DNA of 15,981 nt. It comes from Candidatus Zixiibacteriota bacterium (lineage in GTDB: Bacteria; Zixibacteria; MSB-5A5; CAIYYT01). The notes under the pieces are model-generated. The model worked only from the letters and a program-made list of their open reading frames with translations. It searched no databases and was not told where the DNA came from. The translations under genes were made by a program, and so were the position numbers. The stretch is taken from positions 1-15,981 of the forward strand of contig JBECKX010000067.1 of the NCBI GenBank assembly GCA_040235515.1. Reading direction: 5' to 3'. Within the stretch, counting starts at the first letter, position 1, and each line of letters opens with the position of its first letter. Positions 1-7,972 of the stretch are shown in pieces.

Positions 1-591
1 CTCCATCAGTGCCTCGTTGAACTCACCCGGCTTTCTTTGAGGGATCAACGCTGCAAGACTGCCACGCACCCTCGACTCCGCTTTCTTGTCCCACTCCCTG
101 ATCAACAGCACTCGCTGCATCACCCGCCGCACATTGGCATCAAGAACCGGATAGGGCTTGCCGAACGCCAGGCTCATAATCGCCGCCGCTGTGTATTCCC
201 CAATCCCCGGCAGTTTCCTCAGCTCAACGATATCATCCGGCAGCCTGCCACGATAATCCGTAACCACAATCCGTGCCGCCTTGTGCAGATTGCGCGCCCG
301 GCTGTAATATCCAAGTCCCTCCCACAGACGGGTGACCTCTTCGACCTCCGCGCCGGCCAGGCTTTCGATGCTGGGGAAGCGTTCCATCCAGCGCCGGTAA
401 TGTCCCACCACGGCAGCTACCACCGTTTGCTGTAGCATCACCTCCGACACCCACACCGAGTAGGGGGAAAGGCTCTTTCGCCACGGATAGTCGCGCCGGT
501 TCACTCGGAACCAGTTCAGCAGCCGTCTCCTTGAAAAAACGGCTGACTCCAGTTGCGTGGAGCCAGCCGTATCAGAATTCTTCAGACTCAT
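1..591 (-). CDS. mutY: A/G-specific adenine DNA glycosylase MutY (5' part; runs off the window)
   Basis: Not in the ORF track. My translation of the minus strand from ATG at 591 gives MSLKNSDTAG...LLNWFRVNRRDYPWRKSLSPYSVWVSEVMLQQT...WEGLGYYSRARNLH...LPGIGEYTAAAI...VLDANVRRV...EFNEALME. These are the hallmark MutY/HhH-GPD motifs, and the frame stays open to base 1. Confidence 0.95.
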   Translation of the reverse strand, partial: MSLKNSDTAGSTQLESAVFSRRRLLNWFRVNRRDYPWRKSLSPYSVWVSEVMLQQTVVAAVVGHYRRWMERFPSIESLAGAEVEEVTRLWEGLGYYSRARNLHKAARIVVTDYRGRLPDDIVELRKLPGIGEYTAAAIMSLAFGKPYPVLDANVRRVMQRVLLIREWDKKAESRVRGSLAALIPQRKPGEFNEALME

Positions 592-606
592 CTGTGAGCG
601 AAAACC

Positions 607-2763
607 TTACTTGTCAAGTACCATCAGCACGAATGCATACTCGAAGGCCAGCATCCGGTAACCTTGATAGCGCCCCGAAGGCCCCTGGTGCCCTGAACCC
701 ATATCGGTCTTCAGCAGCAACAGGTTTCTATCAGTCTTGGTCGCACGCAGTTTGGCGGTTAACTTCGCCGGTTCCCAATATGGCACCCGCGGATCATTCA
801 GACCGGCTGTCACCAGCAGGTTGGTGTAATCTGTGGCCCTGATATTCTCATACGGTGCATACGACTTGATATAGTCGTAATACTCCCGCGTCCCACCCGG
901 ATTACCCCACTCATCATATTCAGGTACCGTCAACGGAATCGTCGGATCAAGCATCGTATTCAGGACGTCCACGAACGGGACATCAAGAATCATCCCCTTG
1001 AACAGCGTCGGACGCAGGTTCATGACCGCACCCATCAACAATCCACCGGCGCTGCCACCCGATGCGAACATCTTGTTCTTGTCGCAGTAGCCGTCCGCTG
1101 CCAATTTTTCCGCGCAGGCTACGAAATCGGTGAATGAATTCTTCTTATGCAGCAGCTTGCCATCCTCATACCACTTGCGTCCCTTGATCCCGCCACCTCG
1201 CACATGCGCCAGCGCGAAGACGAAACCGCGATCGAGCAACGAGATGCGATTAGTGGAGAAGTAGGGATCGTACGAAATCCCATAAGCGCCATATCCATAC
1301 AGATAGAGCGGGTTGGTGCCATCCTTGTGGAACTTGTCCTTTCGGTAAACCAGCGAAATCGGCACCTGCTCCCCGTCCGGCGCGGTCGCGTAAATTCGCT
1401 CAGTCTCATAGTAGCGCTTGTCGAAGCCTCCACCCACTTCATATTGCTTCATCAGCGTACGCATCCAGTTTTCCATGTCGTAGTCGTATACCGACTTCGG
1501 CGTCACCATCGATTCGTAAACGAATCGCAGCAAGTTCGTGCGATATTCCGGGTTGTCGCCGATCTCGACGGAGTAGGCGTCTTCTGGCATGTCAATCGAA
1601 TACTCCGCACCATTGATATCATCCAGCACCACCAGCTTCCGCAACGCATCCTCTCGCTGTACGATCACCAGGAAATGCTCAAAGGGAACGACGCTCTCCA
1701 GAGTCACGTCGTCTCGCTCCGGAATCATTGCTTTCCAGTTCTCAGGCCCCGGTGCACTCACCGGAGCTGCCATCAGCTTGAAATTGACAGCATCCTCGTT
1801 GGTCAAAAACAGGAACTGATCACCGCGATTGTACACGTAATACTCGATTCCCTTGGTGCGCGGCTTGATGAGCTTGAATTCTCCGGTAGGTTTGTCAGCC
1901 GGCAGGTAACGCCACTCACTGGTAGAATAGTTGCCGAGCTGGATCATCACAAACCGCTCACTCCGGGTCTTCGATAGCGAGAGGAAGAAACCGTCATCCT
2001 TCTCCTCGTACACAAGTTTGTCCTGCGCCGGATCGCTTCCCAGCGTGTGTCGCATCACTTCGTATGGGAGTTCGAGAATCGAATCGAGCACGGTGTAGAA
2101 CAACGTCTTGTTATCCGCCGCCCAAACGACTTCGCTCCCGATGTTCTGCAGCGTGTCGGCCAGGTAAGCCCCCGTTTCGAGGTCCTTCACGTAAAGCGTG
2201 TAGTTCTCCGCCCCGGTAGTATCGGTAGCGTACGCCAGCAAGCGATGGTCGGGGCTCACCTCGTAGGCCCCCAACGCCATAAACTCCTTACCCTCGGCGA
2301 GCTGGTTGAGGTCAATCAAGACCTGCTCCTCATTGTCGAGGCTCTCATGCTTGCGGCAATAGATCTTATACTCTTTGCCTTCCTCTTCGCGGGTGTAGTA
2401 GTAGTAATCATCTATCCTGACCGGTACCGAGAGGTCGTTCTCCTGAATCCTTCCGACCAGCTCCTGGTAAAGCGTCTCCTGCAGCGCCTCGGTCGGCTTC
2501 ATTATCGCTTCGGTGTAGTCGTTCTCCGCATAGAGATAGTCGATCACATCCGGGTCTTCCTTGTCACGCAACCAGTAGTAGTTATCAACCCGAATATCCC
2601 CGAACACCGTATCCGCGTGCGGTATCGGCGTGGCCATTGGAGGCGCAGGCGGCACAATTACAGCTGCGGTCGCCTGATCCTCTACCTGTGCCGTCGTAAA
2701 TGATGTGAGTGAGCCAAGCAGCAGCGCCAGTACCAGCGCACTAACAATCAAAACCCTTGTCAT
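607..2763 (-). CDS. ptrB: S9 family serine peptidase, oligopeptidase B (protease II)-like, with N-terminal signal peptide
   Basis: 718 aa. Shows DNYYWLRD and EN.YT at the N-terminus, a beta-propeller region, PLYLYGYGAYG, HVRGGG, nucleophile GGSAGG, VPFVDVLNTMLD..IPLT..EYDEWGNP, NDPRV (Asp) and GSGH (His). The N-terminus is a hydrophobic signal peptide. RBS-like GGAAAGG lies upstream. Confidence 0.92.
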   Translation of the reverse strand: MTRVLIVSALVLALLLGSLTSFTTAQVEDQATAAVIVPPAPPMATPIPHADTVFGDIRVDNYYWLRDKEDPDVIDYLYAENDYTEAIMKPTEALQETLYQELVGRIQENDLSVPVRIDDYYYYTREEEGKEYKIYCRKHESLDNEEQVLIDLNQLAEGKEFMALGAYEVSPDHRLLAYATDTTGAENYTLYVKDLETGAYLADTLQNIGSEVVWAADNKTLFYTVLDSILELPYEVMRHTLGSDPAQDKLVYEEKDDGFFLSLSKTRSERFVMIQLGNYSTSEWRYLPADKPTGEFKLIKPRTKGIEYYVYNRGDQFLFLTNEDAVNFKLMAAPVSAPGPENWKAMIPERDDVTLESVVPFEHFLVIVQREDALRKLVVLDDINGAEYSIDMPEDAYSVEIGDNPEYRTNLLRFVYESMVTPKSVYDYDMENWMRTLMKQYEVGGGFDKRYYETERIYATAPDGEQVPISLVYRKDKFHKDGTNPLYLYGYGAYGISYDPYFSTNRISLLDRGFVFALAHVRGGGIKGRKWYEDGKLLHKKNSFTDFVACAEKLAADGYCDKNKMFASGGSAGGLLMGAVMNLRPTLFKGMILDVPFVDVLNTMLDPTIPLTVPEYDEWGNPGGTREYYDYIKSYAPYENIRATDYTNLLVTAGLNDPRVPYWEPAKLTAKLRATKTDRNLLLLKTDMGSGHQGPSGRYQGYRMLAFEYAFVLMVLDK

Positions 2764-2975
2764 CAGTTTCCTTTCCCTGGACTCAGGACCCGGCCCTGTG
2801 GCGTCGCCCGAGCTCTTCGATGTAGAAAGCCAGAATGTTCAGACTCTAAGTTGGGGAATATAATGAAAAGTGGCTGCCTCACCGGCAATGATTTATTGCC
2901 GATCTCTGGCAGCCACGAATTATCTCTTCACCGATTGCCGGGAGCCGCTTTGCTCCCGTAATCAACCGCCGTGTC

Positions 2976-3824
2976 TCAGTAGGCCATCATCGTTTCCAGC
3001 CTGCGAATCCGCTCCTCCATCGGAGGATGTGTGCTGAACAGGCTCGACAGCCCGCGGCGTCCGAAGAACGGGTTCACGATAAACATATGCGCCGTCGCGG
3101 TATTGGCCCGCATCGGAATAGCCTGAACGCCCTTGTGCAACTTCCGCAAAGCGTTGGCCAGATCGCGCGGGTTGCCATGGAGCTTCGCCCCGGCTTCATC
3201 CGCCAGGTATTCACGTGACCTCGAAATCGCCATCTGAATCATCATCGCCGCCAGCGGTGCCACGATCACAGTAATCAACAGTCCGAGTATCCCTCCGTTG
3301 CCACGTTCGTCGGAGCGGCCCCCGGCGAACATCGCCGTCCACTGCGCCATGTACGCCAGCATCGAAATCGCTCCCGCGAATACCGCTGCGATCGTTCCGA
3401 TCAGAATATCTCTATGCTTCACGTGTGCCAGTTCATGCCCCAGCACACCCCGCAGTTCGTTTTCATCCAGGATTCGCAGTATCCCCTGAGTAACCGCCAC
3501 GGCAGCATGCTCCGGGTTTCTACCCGTCGCAAAGGCGTTCGGCGTTTCCGACGGAATCACGTACACCTTCGGCATCGGCAAACCGGCACGCTGTGCCAGC
3601 TCGCGTACCGTATTGAACAGCCGCGGCTGGTCCGTCTCGGTCACCTGCTTGGCGCGATACATCTTCAGGACGATCTTGTCCGAGTACCAGTAGGAGATAA
3701 CATTACCGCCCAGGGCAAAGAGAAATGCTATCATCATTCCACCTCGGCCCCCAACCAGGAATCCTATCCCGACCGCCAGCGCCATCAGTAGCGCCATCAA
3801 AAATGTAGTTTTCAGCGTGTTCAC
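2976..3824 (-). CDS. htpX: Zinc metalloprotease HtpX (M48 family)
   Basis: 282 aa, GTG start with GGAGG upstream. Motifs [19 protein letters not shown] (HExxH), [10 protein letters not shown] and LFSTHPP, plus transmembrane segments. Confidence 0.96.
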   Translation of the reverse strand: MNTLKTTFLMALLMALAVGIGFLVGGRGGMMIAFLFALGGNVISYWYSDKIVLKMYRAKQVTETDQPRLFNTVRELAQRAGLPMPKVYVIPSETPNAFATGRNPEHAAVAVTQGILRILDENELRGVLGHELAHVKHRDILIGTIAAVFAGAISMLAYMAQWTAMFAGGRSDERGNGGILGLLITVIVAPLAAMMIQMAISRSREYLADEAGAKLHGNPRDLANALRKLHKGVQAIPMRANTATAHMFIVNPFFGRRGLSSLFSTHPPMEERIRRLETMMAY

Positions 3825-3954
3825 TATCTCAAACCTCCACCATTCATCAATTCCTTACCTTCTTCGCTCTATTAAACGATGGCGGCAATTTCAGGGTTCC
3901 TCAAATCGGTGCAAGTATCATCCGATTCACGACTACCTGCGCCCGCACGTCTCC

Positions 3955-4311
3955 CTACGACTGCGATGCCGGCGCTGCCATCATGTTACGCAACAACAGG
4001 ATAAATACAATCAACGCCAGCAGCGCCATCGATCCGAAGATCAACTCCGATCCCGGCTTGGTATTGGCATGCGCCGCCACCCGCTTGAAAGTCATATACC
4101 CCATCAATAACACCATCAAACCGGTCCAACCCAGGGAGATCTTGCCGAACAACAAACTCCCACGCAGCGCCAGAAAGCCGAACAGGGCGGTTACTACGGC
4201 AAAACTGTTATTGACGATCAGCGCTGTCGGAGATCCGGTCCTGATATACCCGACTATCCCCATCAAGAGCATGTATCCTCCCAGCGCAATCACCCAGTAG
4301 TAGATCTTCAC
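3955..4311 (-). CDS. Small multi-pass membrane protein, TMEM14-like
   Basis: Likely start is GTG at 4311, preceded by GGAGGAG, rather than the track start at 4458. 118 aa with about four hydrophobic helices. The MGIVGYIRTGSPTALI segment resembles the TMEM14 G..GY...GS..SL pattern. Confidence 0.65.
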   Translation of the reverse strand: MKIYYWVIALGGYMLLMGIVGYIRTGSPTALIVNNSFAVVTALFGFLALRGSLLFGKISLGWTGLMVLLMGYMTFKRVAAHANTKPGSELIFGSMALLALIVFILLLRNMMAAPASQS

Positions 4312-4444
4312 AATTTTCTCCTCCGATTCAAATCCAGTTTCTCTTAGAACTACGCAGCAGGGCGGCAATCCATGGTTGCTAAAAGTCACTCCTTTGGCTA
4401 TTTTCAACGTGTACCACAGAGTCCCCAATCGAAAGGAGCTTTCA

Positions 4445-5458
4445 ATGCGACTCTCCACAACTCAGAGAGTCTCAATCTTCGCTCTGGTTTCCTTCCTGCT
4501 TTTGCTCTTCACCCCATCTGCATTCGCGCAATGCGGAGATTTTGACAACAGCGGCACCAATACGATCACAGACATCGTTGACCTGAACGCCTACCTCTTC
4601 GTCGGCGGGGCGGCCCCGCAGGACTACGATTATGCAGACTTCGATCTGCACCAGAAACTGACTTTCAACGATCTGGCCCATCTCTATGCCTGTGCCTTCA
4701 TCTGCGATTTCTATGATGTTCAATGCCCGCCGACCGAGGCCGCGATTGATCCGGAAGTCGACCCGGCCTTTGTCATCAAGTATCCTGAAGCTGTGCCGAT
4801 TGGGCACACCAGCTATGCCATTACGCTTGAGGCCGACGCGCCTTTCAAATCTCAGGCTATCTGCCTCCCGCTGCGACTCAGGATCGACGGAGCGGTTCCC
4901 CAAATCGACTCGATCGTCACTCCCTCCAGCTCGAGCTACTCTGACGCCAGTGGCAGCGTACCCCTGCGTTACAATGCTCTGATTCATCCCGACTCAGGAA
5001 TCGTCATCGTCAGCGGCACCAAGGGCAACAGCATTCCCTCGTTCCTGCTCTACGACCAGATCGCAACAATCTTTGTGACTGTCCCGATTCGCCCATATAA
5101 ACAGCAGATTGATCTGCAGTTTGTCGAACTGACCCCCGAAGAGGCTGCGCCGGGTCAGGAAAACTCGATCTTCGCCATGTATCTCGGTCCCGGGTTTCTG
5201 AACACGGGAGAACTCCCCAAAGAACCGGTGCTGGAGAGCGACTGTTGTATCCTCCCCGGTGATGTCAATGGCGACGGTCATACCACCATCACCGACGCAG
5301 TGACCATCATCTGCTTCATCTTTGGTGGTTGCTCGACAGCGGGAGTTTGTCCCCAGACGGTCGACATCGATGGCAGCGGCAGTATCAATATTGCCGATGC
5401 AGTCGCCTTGATTAACTACATCTTCGCCGGCGGACCGCCACCGGTCTGCGGACCATAG
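4445..5458 (+). CDS. Secreted protein with N- and C-terminal dockerin type I-like (EF-hand pair) domains
   Basis: ATG at 4445 follows AAAGGAG. Signal peptide ends AFA|Q. N-terminal CGDFDNSGTNTITDIV...ADFDLHQKLTFNDL and C-terminal PGDVNGDGHTTITDAV...VDIDGSGSINIADAVALINYIFAGGPPP are duplicated Ca-binding dockerin motifs. Confidence 0.82.
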   Translation: MRLSTTQRVSIFALVSFLLLLFTPSAFAQCGDFDNSGTNTITDIVDLNAYLFVGGAAPQDYDYADFDLHQKLTFNDLAHLYACAFICDFYDVQCPPTEAAIDPEVDPAFVIKYPEAVPIGHTSYAITLEADAPFKSQAICLPLRLRIDGAVPQIDSIVTPSSSSYSDASGSVPLRYNALIHPDSGIVIVSGTKGNSIPSFLLYDQIATIFVTVPIRPYKQQIDLQFVELTPEEAAPGQENSIFAMYLGPGFLNTGELPKEPVLESDCCILPGDVNGDGHTTITDAVTIICFIFGGCSTAGVCPQTVDIDGSGSINIADAVALINYIFAGGPPPVCGP

Positions 5459-5550
5459 CAGCTCATTCAATCCCGCCAGCAACCGGATGGCACTTTCAAC
5501 CGTCCGAGACAGAGATCGAACCTGAGTCAGAGTGATAGAGAACTAACTCG

Positions 5551-5583
5551 GATGCCGACGGCTCTAGCTGAGTCGTCGGCATC
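5551..5583. terminator. Strong hairpin downstream of the dockerin gene (possible terminator or palindromic element)
   Basis: GATGCCGACGGCTC-TAGCT-GAGTCGTCGGCATC forms a 14-bp stem with one G-T pair. There is no U-tract, so terminator function is uncertain. Confidence 0.4.
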
Positions 5584-5697
5584 ATCCCCCTCCGAACCGG
5601 AGCCCCTTACTACCGCGGCCCAATACAAACTTTCATGCCTAACCACTTGCGTACGAACAGAAACAGGGAAAATCGTCTCCTTATTCCAAAATTCTGC

Positions 5698-5725
5698 TTG
5701 ACAATCGCAACGAATATAGTATAAA
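5698..5725 (+). promoter_or_regulatory. Putative sigma70-type promoter of the RiPP operon
   Basis: TTGACA (5698-5703), 16 nt, then TATAAA (5720-5725), in an AT-rich intergenic stretch and pointing toward the precursor genes. Confidence 0.65.
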
Positions 5726-6036
5726 TTGTCGCAATTGCAGGCCCCACAGCCATTCAAGGCAGAAACAACTCTTAAAATCAGGCTTTAATAAGCCACTCTG
5801 AAAATGCGCCTTTCACAGATGCAAGCTAGTAGTACATCTGCTGTCAGAGGGGGACGCAGCCAATCACCGATGAACCGGAGCGATGCCCGAATCGTCGCGA
5901 TCCGGAAGACTCTGCCGCTTAACTCCGACTCAGATACACATACTCATTATAGACTCGAAAAGCTTACGGTTGAACTGTGGGATGAGCGCTCTGCTTATCT
6001 CGACTGTCATTTCAACTCATATCGGGAGGGAGTCAG

Positions 6037-6159
6037 ATGATTTACTTGATCGACCCTCAGGATGCCGCCATCGAAAAATGCCCGGCCAAGTGCTTCCTTA
6101 AGTGCAGTGGCGTCTGTGGCATTAAGCCGTTGTACGGTGTTCCAATTGATTTCGAATAG
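6037..6159 (+). CDS. RiPP precursor peptide 1, 40 aa: MIYLIDPQDAAIEKCPAKCFLKCSGVCGIKPLYGVPIDFE
   Basis: Translated by hand. RBS GGGAGGGAG, ATG 6037, TAG 6157-6159. Has a CxxxCxxxCxxxC core and an LYG motif, a paralog 284 nt downstream, and lies directly upstream of the radical SAM genes. Confidence 0.9.
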   Translation: MIYLIDPQDAAIEKCPAKCFLKCSGVCGIKPLYGVPIDFE

Positions 6160-6179
6160 GCCCGTTTGAGGCCTGGTGT

Positions 6180-6211
6180 CGCCGGTGAGTGCTGGTAAGC
6201 TCTCATCGGCG
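6180..6211 (+). other. Stem-loop after precursor gene 1
   Basis: CGCCGGTGAGTGCT-GGTA-AGCTCTCATCGGCG forms a long stem with one mismatch and one G-T pair. Smaller hairpins follow at 6217-6241 and about 6267-6285. Confidence 0.5.
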
Positions 6212-6320
6212 TCAAAACCGCCCGAGCCCGATCCGGGTGGTCGCGACTGAGATGTTTGGATGTGGAGGCAAGCATCCCGCTTGTCTGCACTGTTACTTAA
6301 ACACTTCGGGAGGGAGTTAA

Positions 6321-6443
6321 ATGATCTACTTGATCGACCCTCAGGATGCTGGGATCGAGAAATGCCCGACCCTCTGCTTCTTGAAATGCAGTGGCGTCTG
6401 CGGTATTAAACCGCTCTATGGCGTCCCGACAGAAACCGAATAG
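6321..6443 (+). CDS. RiPP precursor peptide 2, 40 aa: MIYLIDPQDAGIEKCPTLCFLKCSGVCGIKPLYGVPTETE
   Basis: Translated by hand. Same RBS GGGAGGGAG, ATG 6321, TAG 6441-6443. 34/40 residues are identical to precursor 1, with 13 synonymous codon differences. Confidence 0.9.
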   Translation: MIYLIDPQDAGIEKCPTLCFLKCSGVCGIKPLYGVPTETE

Positions 6444-6465
6444 ACCTACCTGAAAGGTCTGCAAG

Positions 6466-6496
6466 CGCAGGGGGAGCAAACAATGCTCCCTCTGCG
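6466..6496 (+). other. Stem-loop between the precursor genes and the maturase genes (mRNA stabiliser or leaky terminator)
   Basis: CGCAGGGGGAGCA-AACAA-TGCTCCCTCTGCG forms a 13-bp stem with one G-T pair and has no U-tract. Confidence 0.55.
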
Positions 6497-6545
6497 TAAG
6501 TCGGCAATCGTCGCTGTCGATCGATCGCGAAGGTCAGGAGGACTT

Positions 6546-7967
6546 ATGACGGACTTCAATGCGAACCATAACGCGAACCATAACGCGAACAGCAACCCGA
6601 ACAATGTCGCGAACCTCAAAGCGAAAAAACTATCGCGCTACAATCACTTCCAACCGTGGCAGGGTGGCTACCACATCGCTTATAACGCACTCTCCGGCGC
6701 GCTGGCGGTGATGACCGAAGAAAACTACCGGGCCTACAATCAAATCGCCGACAAAATCAATTCGACTAACGGACACTCTACTTTTGACGAGGGGGAGCAG
6801 GAACTCCTGAAGCAGCTTGAGTTTGGTCGTTTCGCCTATTCCGCCGAGAATGACGAACTCGACAGCATCAAGTTCACCAACAATCTCCACCGCTATGATC
6901 AAACCAGTCTCGGTCTGACCATCGCACCAACAATGGCCTGTAACATGGCCTGTCACTATTGTTACGAGAACAATACCACTCGCAAAATGTCGCCGGAGGT
7001 GATCGAGGCGCTCCTCGACTTCATCGACAGGCGCGCCGATCAACTCCGCACCGTCGATATCTGCTGGTATGGCGGCGAACCGCTCCTCGCACTCGATATC
7101 ATCGAGGATATCACCGAGAGTCTTATCGAACTGAGTGAAGAGAAGCACTTCGAGTATGTCGCGACGATGATTTCCAACGGTTATCTCCTCACACCCGCAG
7201 TCGTTGATCGGCTTGTTGAACTCAGGGTGAAAATGGTGCAGGTTACGCTCGACGGCCCGGCGGCATCACACAATGCCAAACGCCCGCTCAAAAACGGCAA
7301 GGAGAGCTTCGCGACGATCATCGAGAACCTCAAGTACGCCTCCACCAAACTTGCAATTGGTGTGCGTGTTAATGTCGATAAGTCATTTTCGCTTGAGATG
7401 ATTCGCCAACTGCTCGGCGACCTGAAAGCCGCTGGTCTCGAACGCCGCATCGGCATCTACTTCGGACAACTCGAACCGGCGACCCAGGCCTGCGGCAACA
7501 TCGCGGATGCCTGCTACGGCAACGCTGATTTTTCCAACATCGAGTCGGAATACTTCGAGCTGTTGTTGAGCGAAGGCTTTCGTATCGAGAAACTCCCGCA
7601 ACCGGTGGGCGTCTTCTGTATGGCGCAACGTATCAACGCCTTCGTCATTGACCCGGAGGGCTTTCTCTACCGTTGCTACAACTACGTTGGGGATCAAAGT
7701 CACGCCGCCGGCAACATCAAGGATGGCGTGGTAGACTACCAGAACAAGAATTTCAAAAAGCTGTTTCAGTTCAACGCGCTCGAGTCACAGCGCTGCTTGA
7801 ACTGTGATATTCTCCCGATCTGCCTCGGAGGCTGTCCGGCGCAAAGGGCTGATCGGGCTCAAACCGAAGATGATGTTTGTTTGAGCTGGAAGCACAATCT
7901 TGGCCCCATGCTCAACATAATTGCCGCTTCGCGTCAGCAGAAGTTGCAGGCGGCGAGTAAGGAGTAG
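6546..7967 (+). CDS. Radical SAM/SPASM peptide maturase with N-terminal RRE-like extension (putative thioether-forming)
   Basis: ATG 6546 follows AGGAGG. Contains CNMACHYC (CxxxCxxC), WYGGEPLL, SNG and QVTLDG. SPASM cysteines are CMA...LYRC...CLNCDILPICLGGCP...C. The ~100-aa N-terminal region KLSRYNHF...YNALSGAL resembles the RRE domains of peptide-modifying rSAMs. Confidence 0.88.
   Translation: MTDFNANHNANHNANSNPNNVANLKAKKLSRYNHFQPWQGGYHIAYNALSGALAVMTEENYRAYNQIADKINSTNGHSTFDEGEQELLKQLEFGRFAYSAENDELDSIKFTNNLHRYDQTSLGLTIAPTMACNMACHYCYENNTTRKMSPEVIEALLDFIDRRADQLRTVDICWYGGEPLLALDIIEDITESLIELSEEKHFEYVATMISNGYLLTPAVVDRLVELRVKMVQVTLDGPAASHNAKRPLKNGKESFATIIENLKYASTKLAIGVRVNVDKSFSLEMIRQLLGDLKAAGLERRIGIYFGQLEPATQACGNIADACYGNADFSNIESEYFELLLSEGFRIEKLPQPVGVFCMAQRINAFVIDPEGFLYRCYNYVGDQSHAAGNIKDGVVDYQNKNFKKLFQFNALESQRCLNCDILPICLGGCPAQRADRAQTEDDVCLSWKHNLGPMLNIIAASRQQKLQAASKE
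6558..6605 (+). repeat. 12-nt in-frame tandem repeat encoding NANH-NANH-NANS-NPNN
   Basis: Four degenerate copies, AATGCGAACCAT AACGCGAACCAT AACGCGAACAGC AACCCGAACAAT, at the 5' end of the first rSAM gene. Confidence 0.8.
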
Positions 7968-7972
7968 GGAAC

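Noticed and set aside
37..484. ORF-track entries 37..435 (+) and 233..484 (-)
   Set aside because: They are shadow frames of mutY, which occupies 1..591 on the minus strand.
1147..2703. Long plus-strand ORFs (276 aa and 218 aa) opposite the peptidase
   Set aside because: Antisense shadows typical of GC-rich coding DNA, with no motifs. The same applies to the minus-strand ORFs opposite the rSAM and ABC genes.
4312..4458. Extended N-termini in the ORF track (start 4458 for the membrane protein, 4376 for the dockerin protein; likewise 6483 and 10536)
   Set aside because: The 4458 and 4376 starts would make divergent genes overlap. Starts at 4311, 4445 and 6546 have clear RBSs, and 10572 is the first in-frame ATG of the exporter.
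5804..6040. 78-aa ORF whose TGA overlaps the precursor 1 ATG (ATGA); considered as a PqqD/RRE or leader peptide gene
   Set aside because: No RBS, no recognisable RRE pattern and atypical composition. The overlap may be chance because the precursor begins ATG ATT. It cannot be fully excluded.
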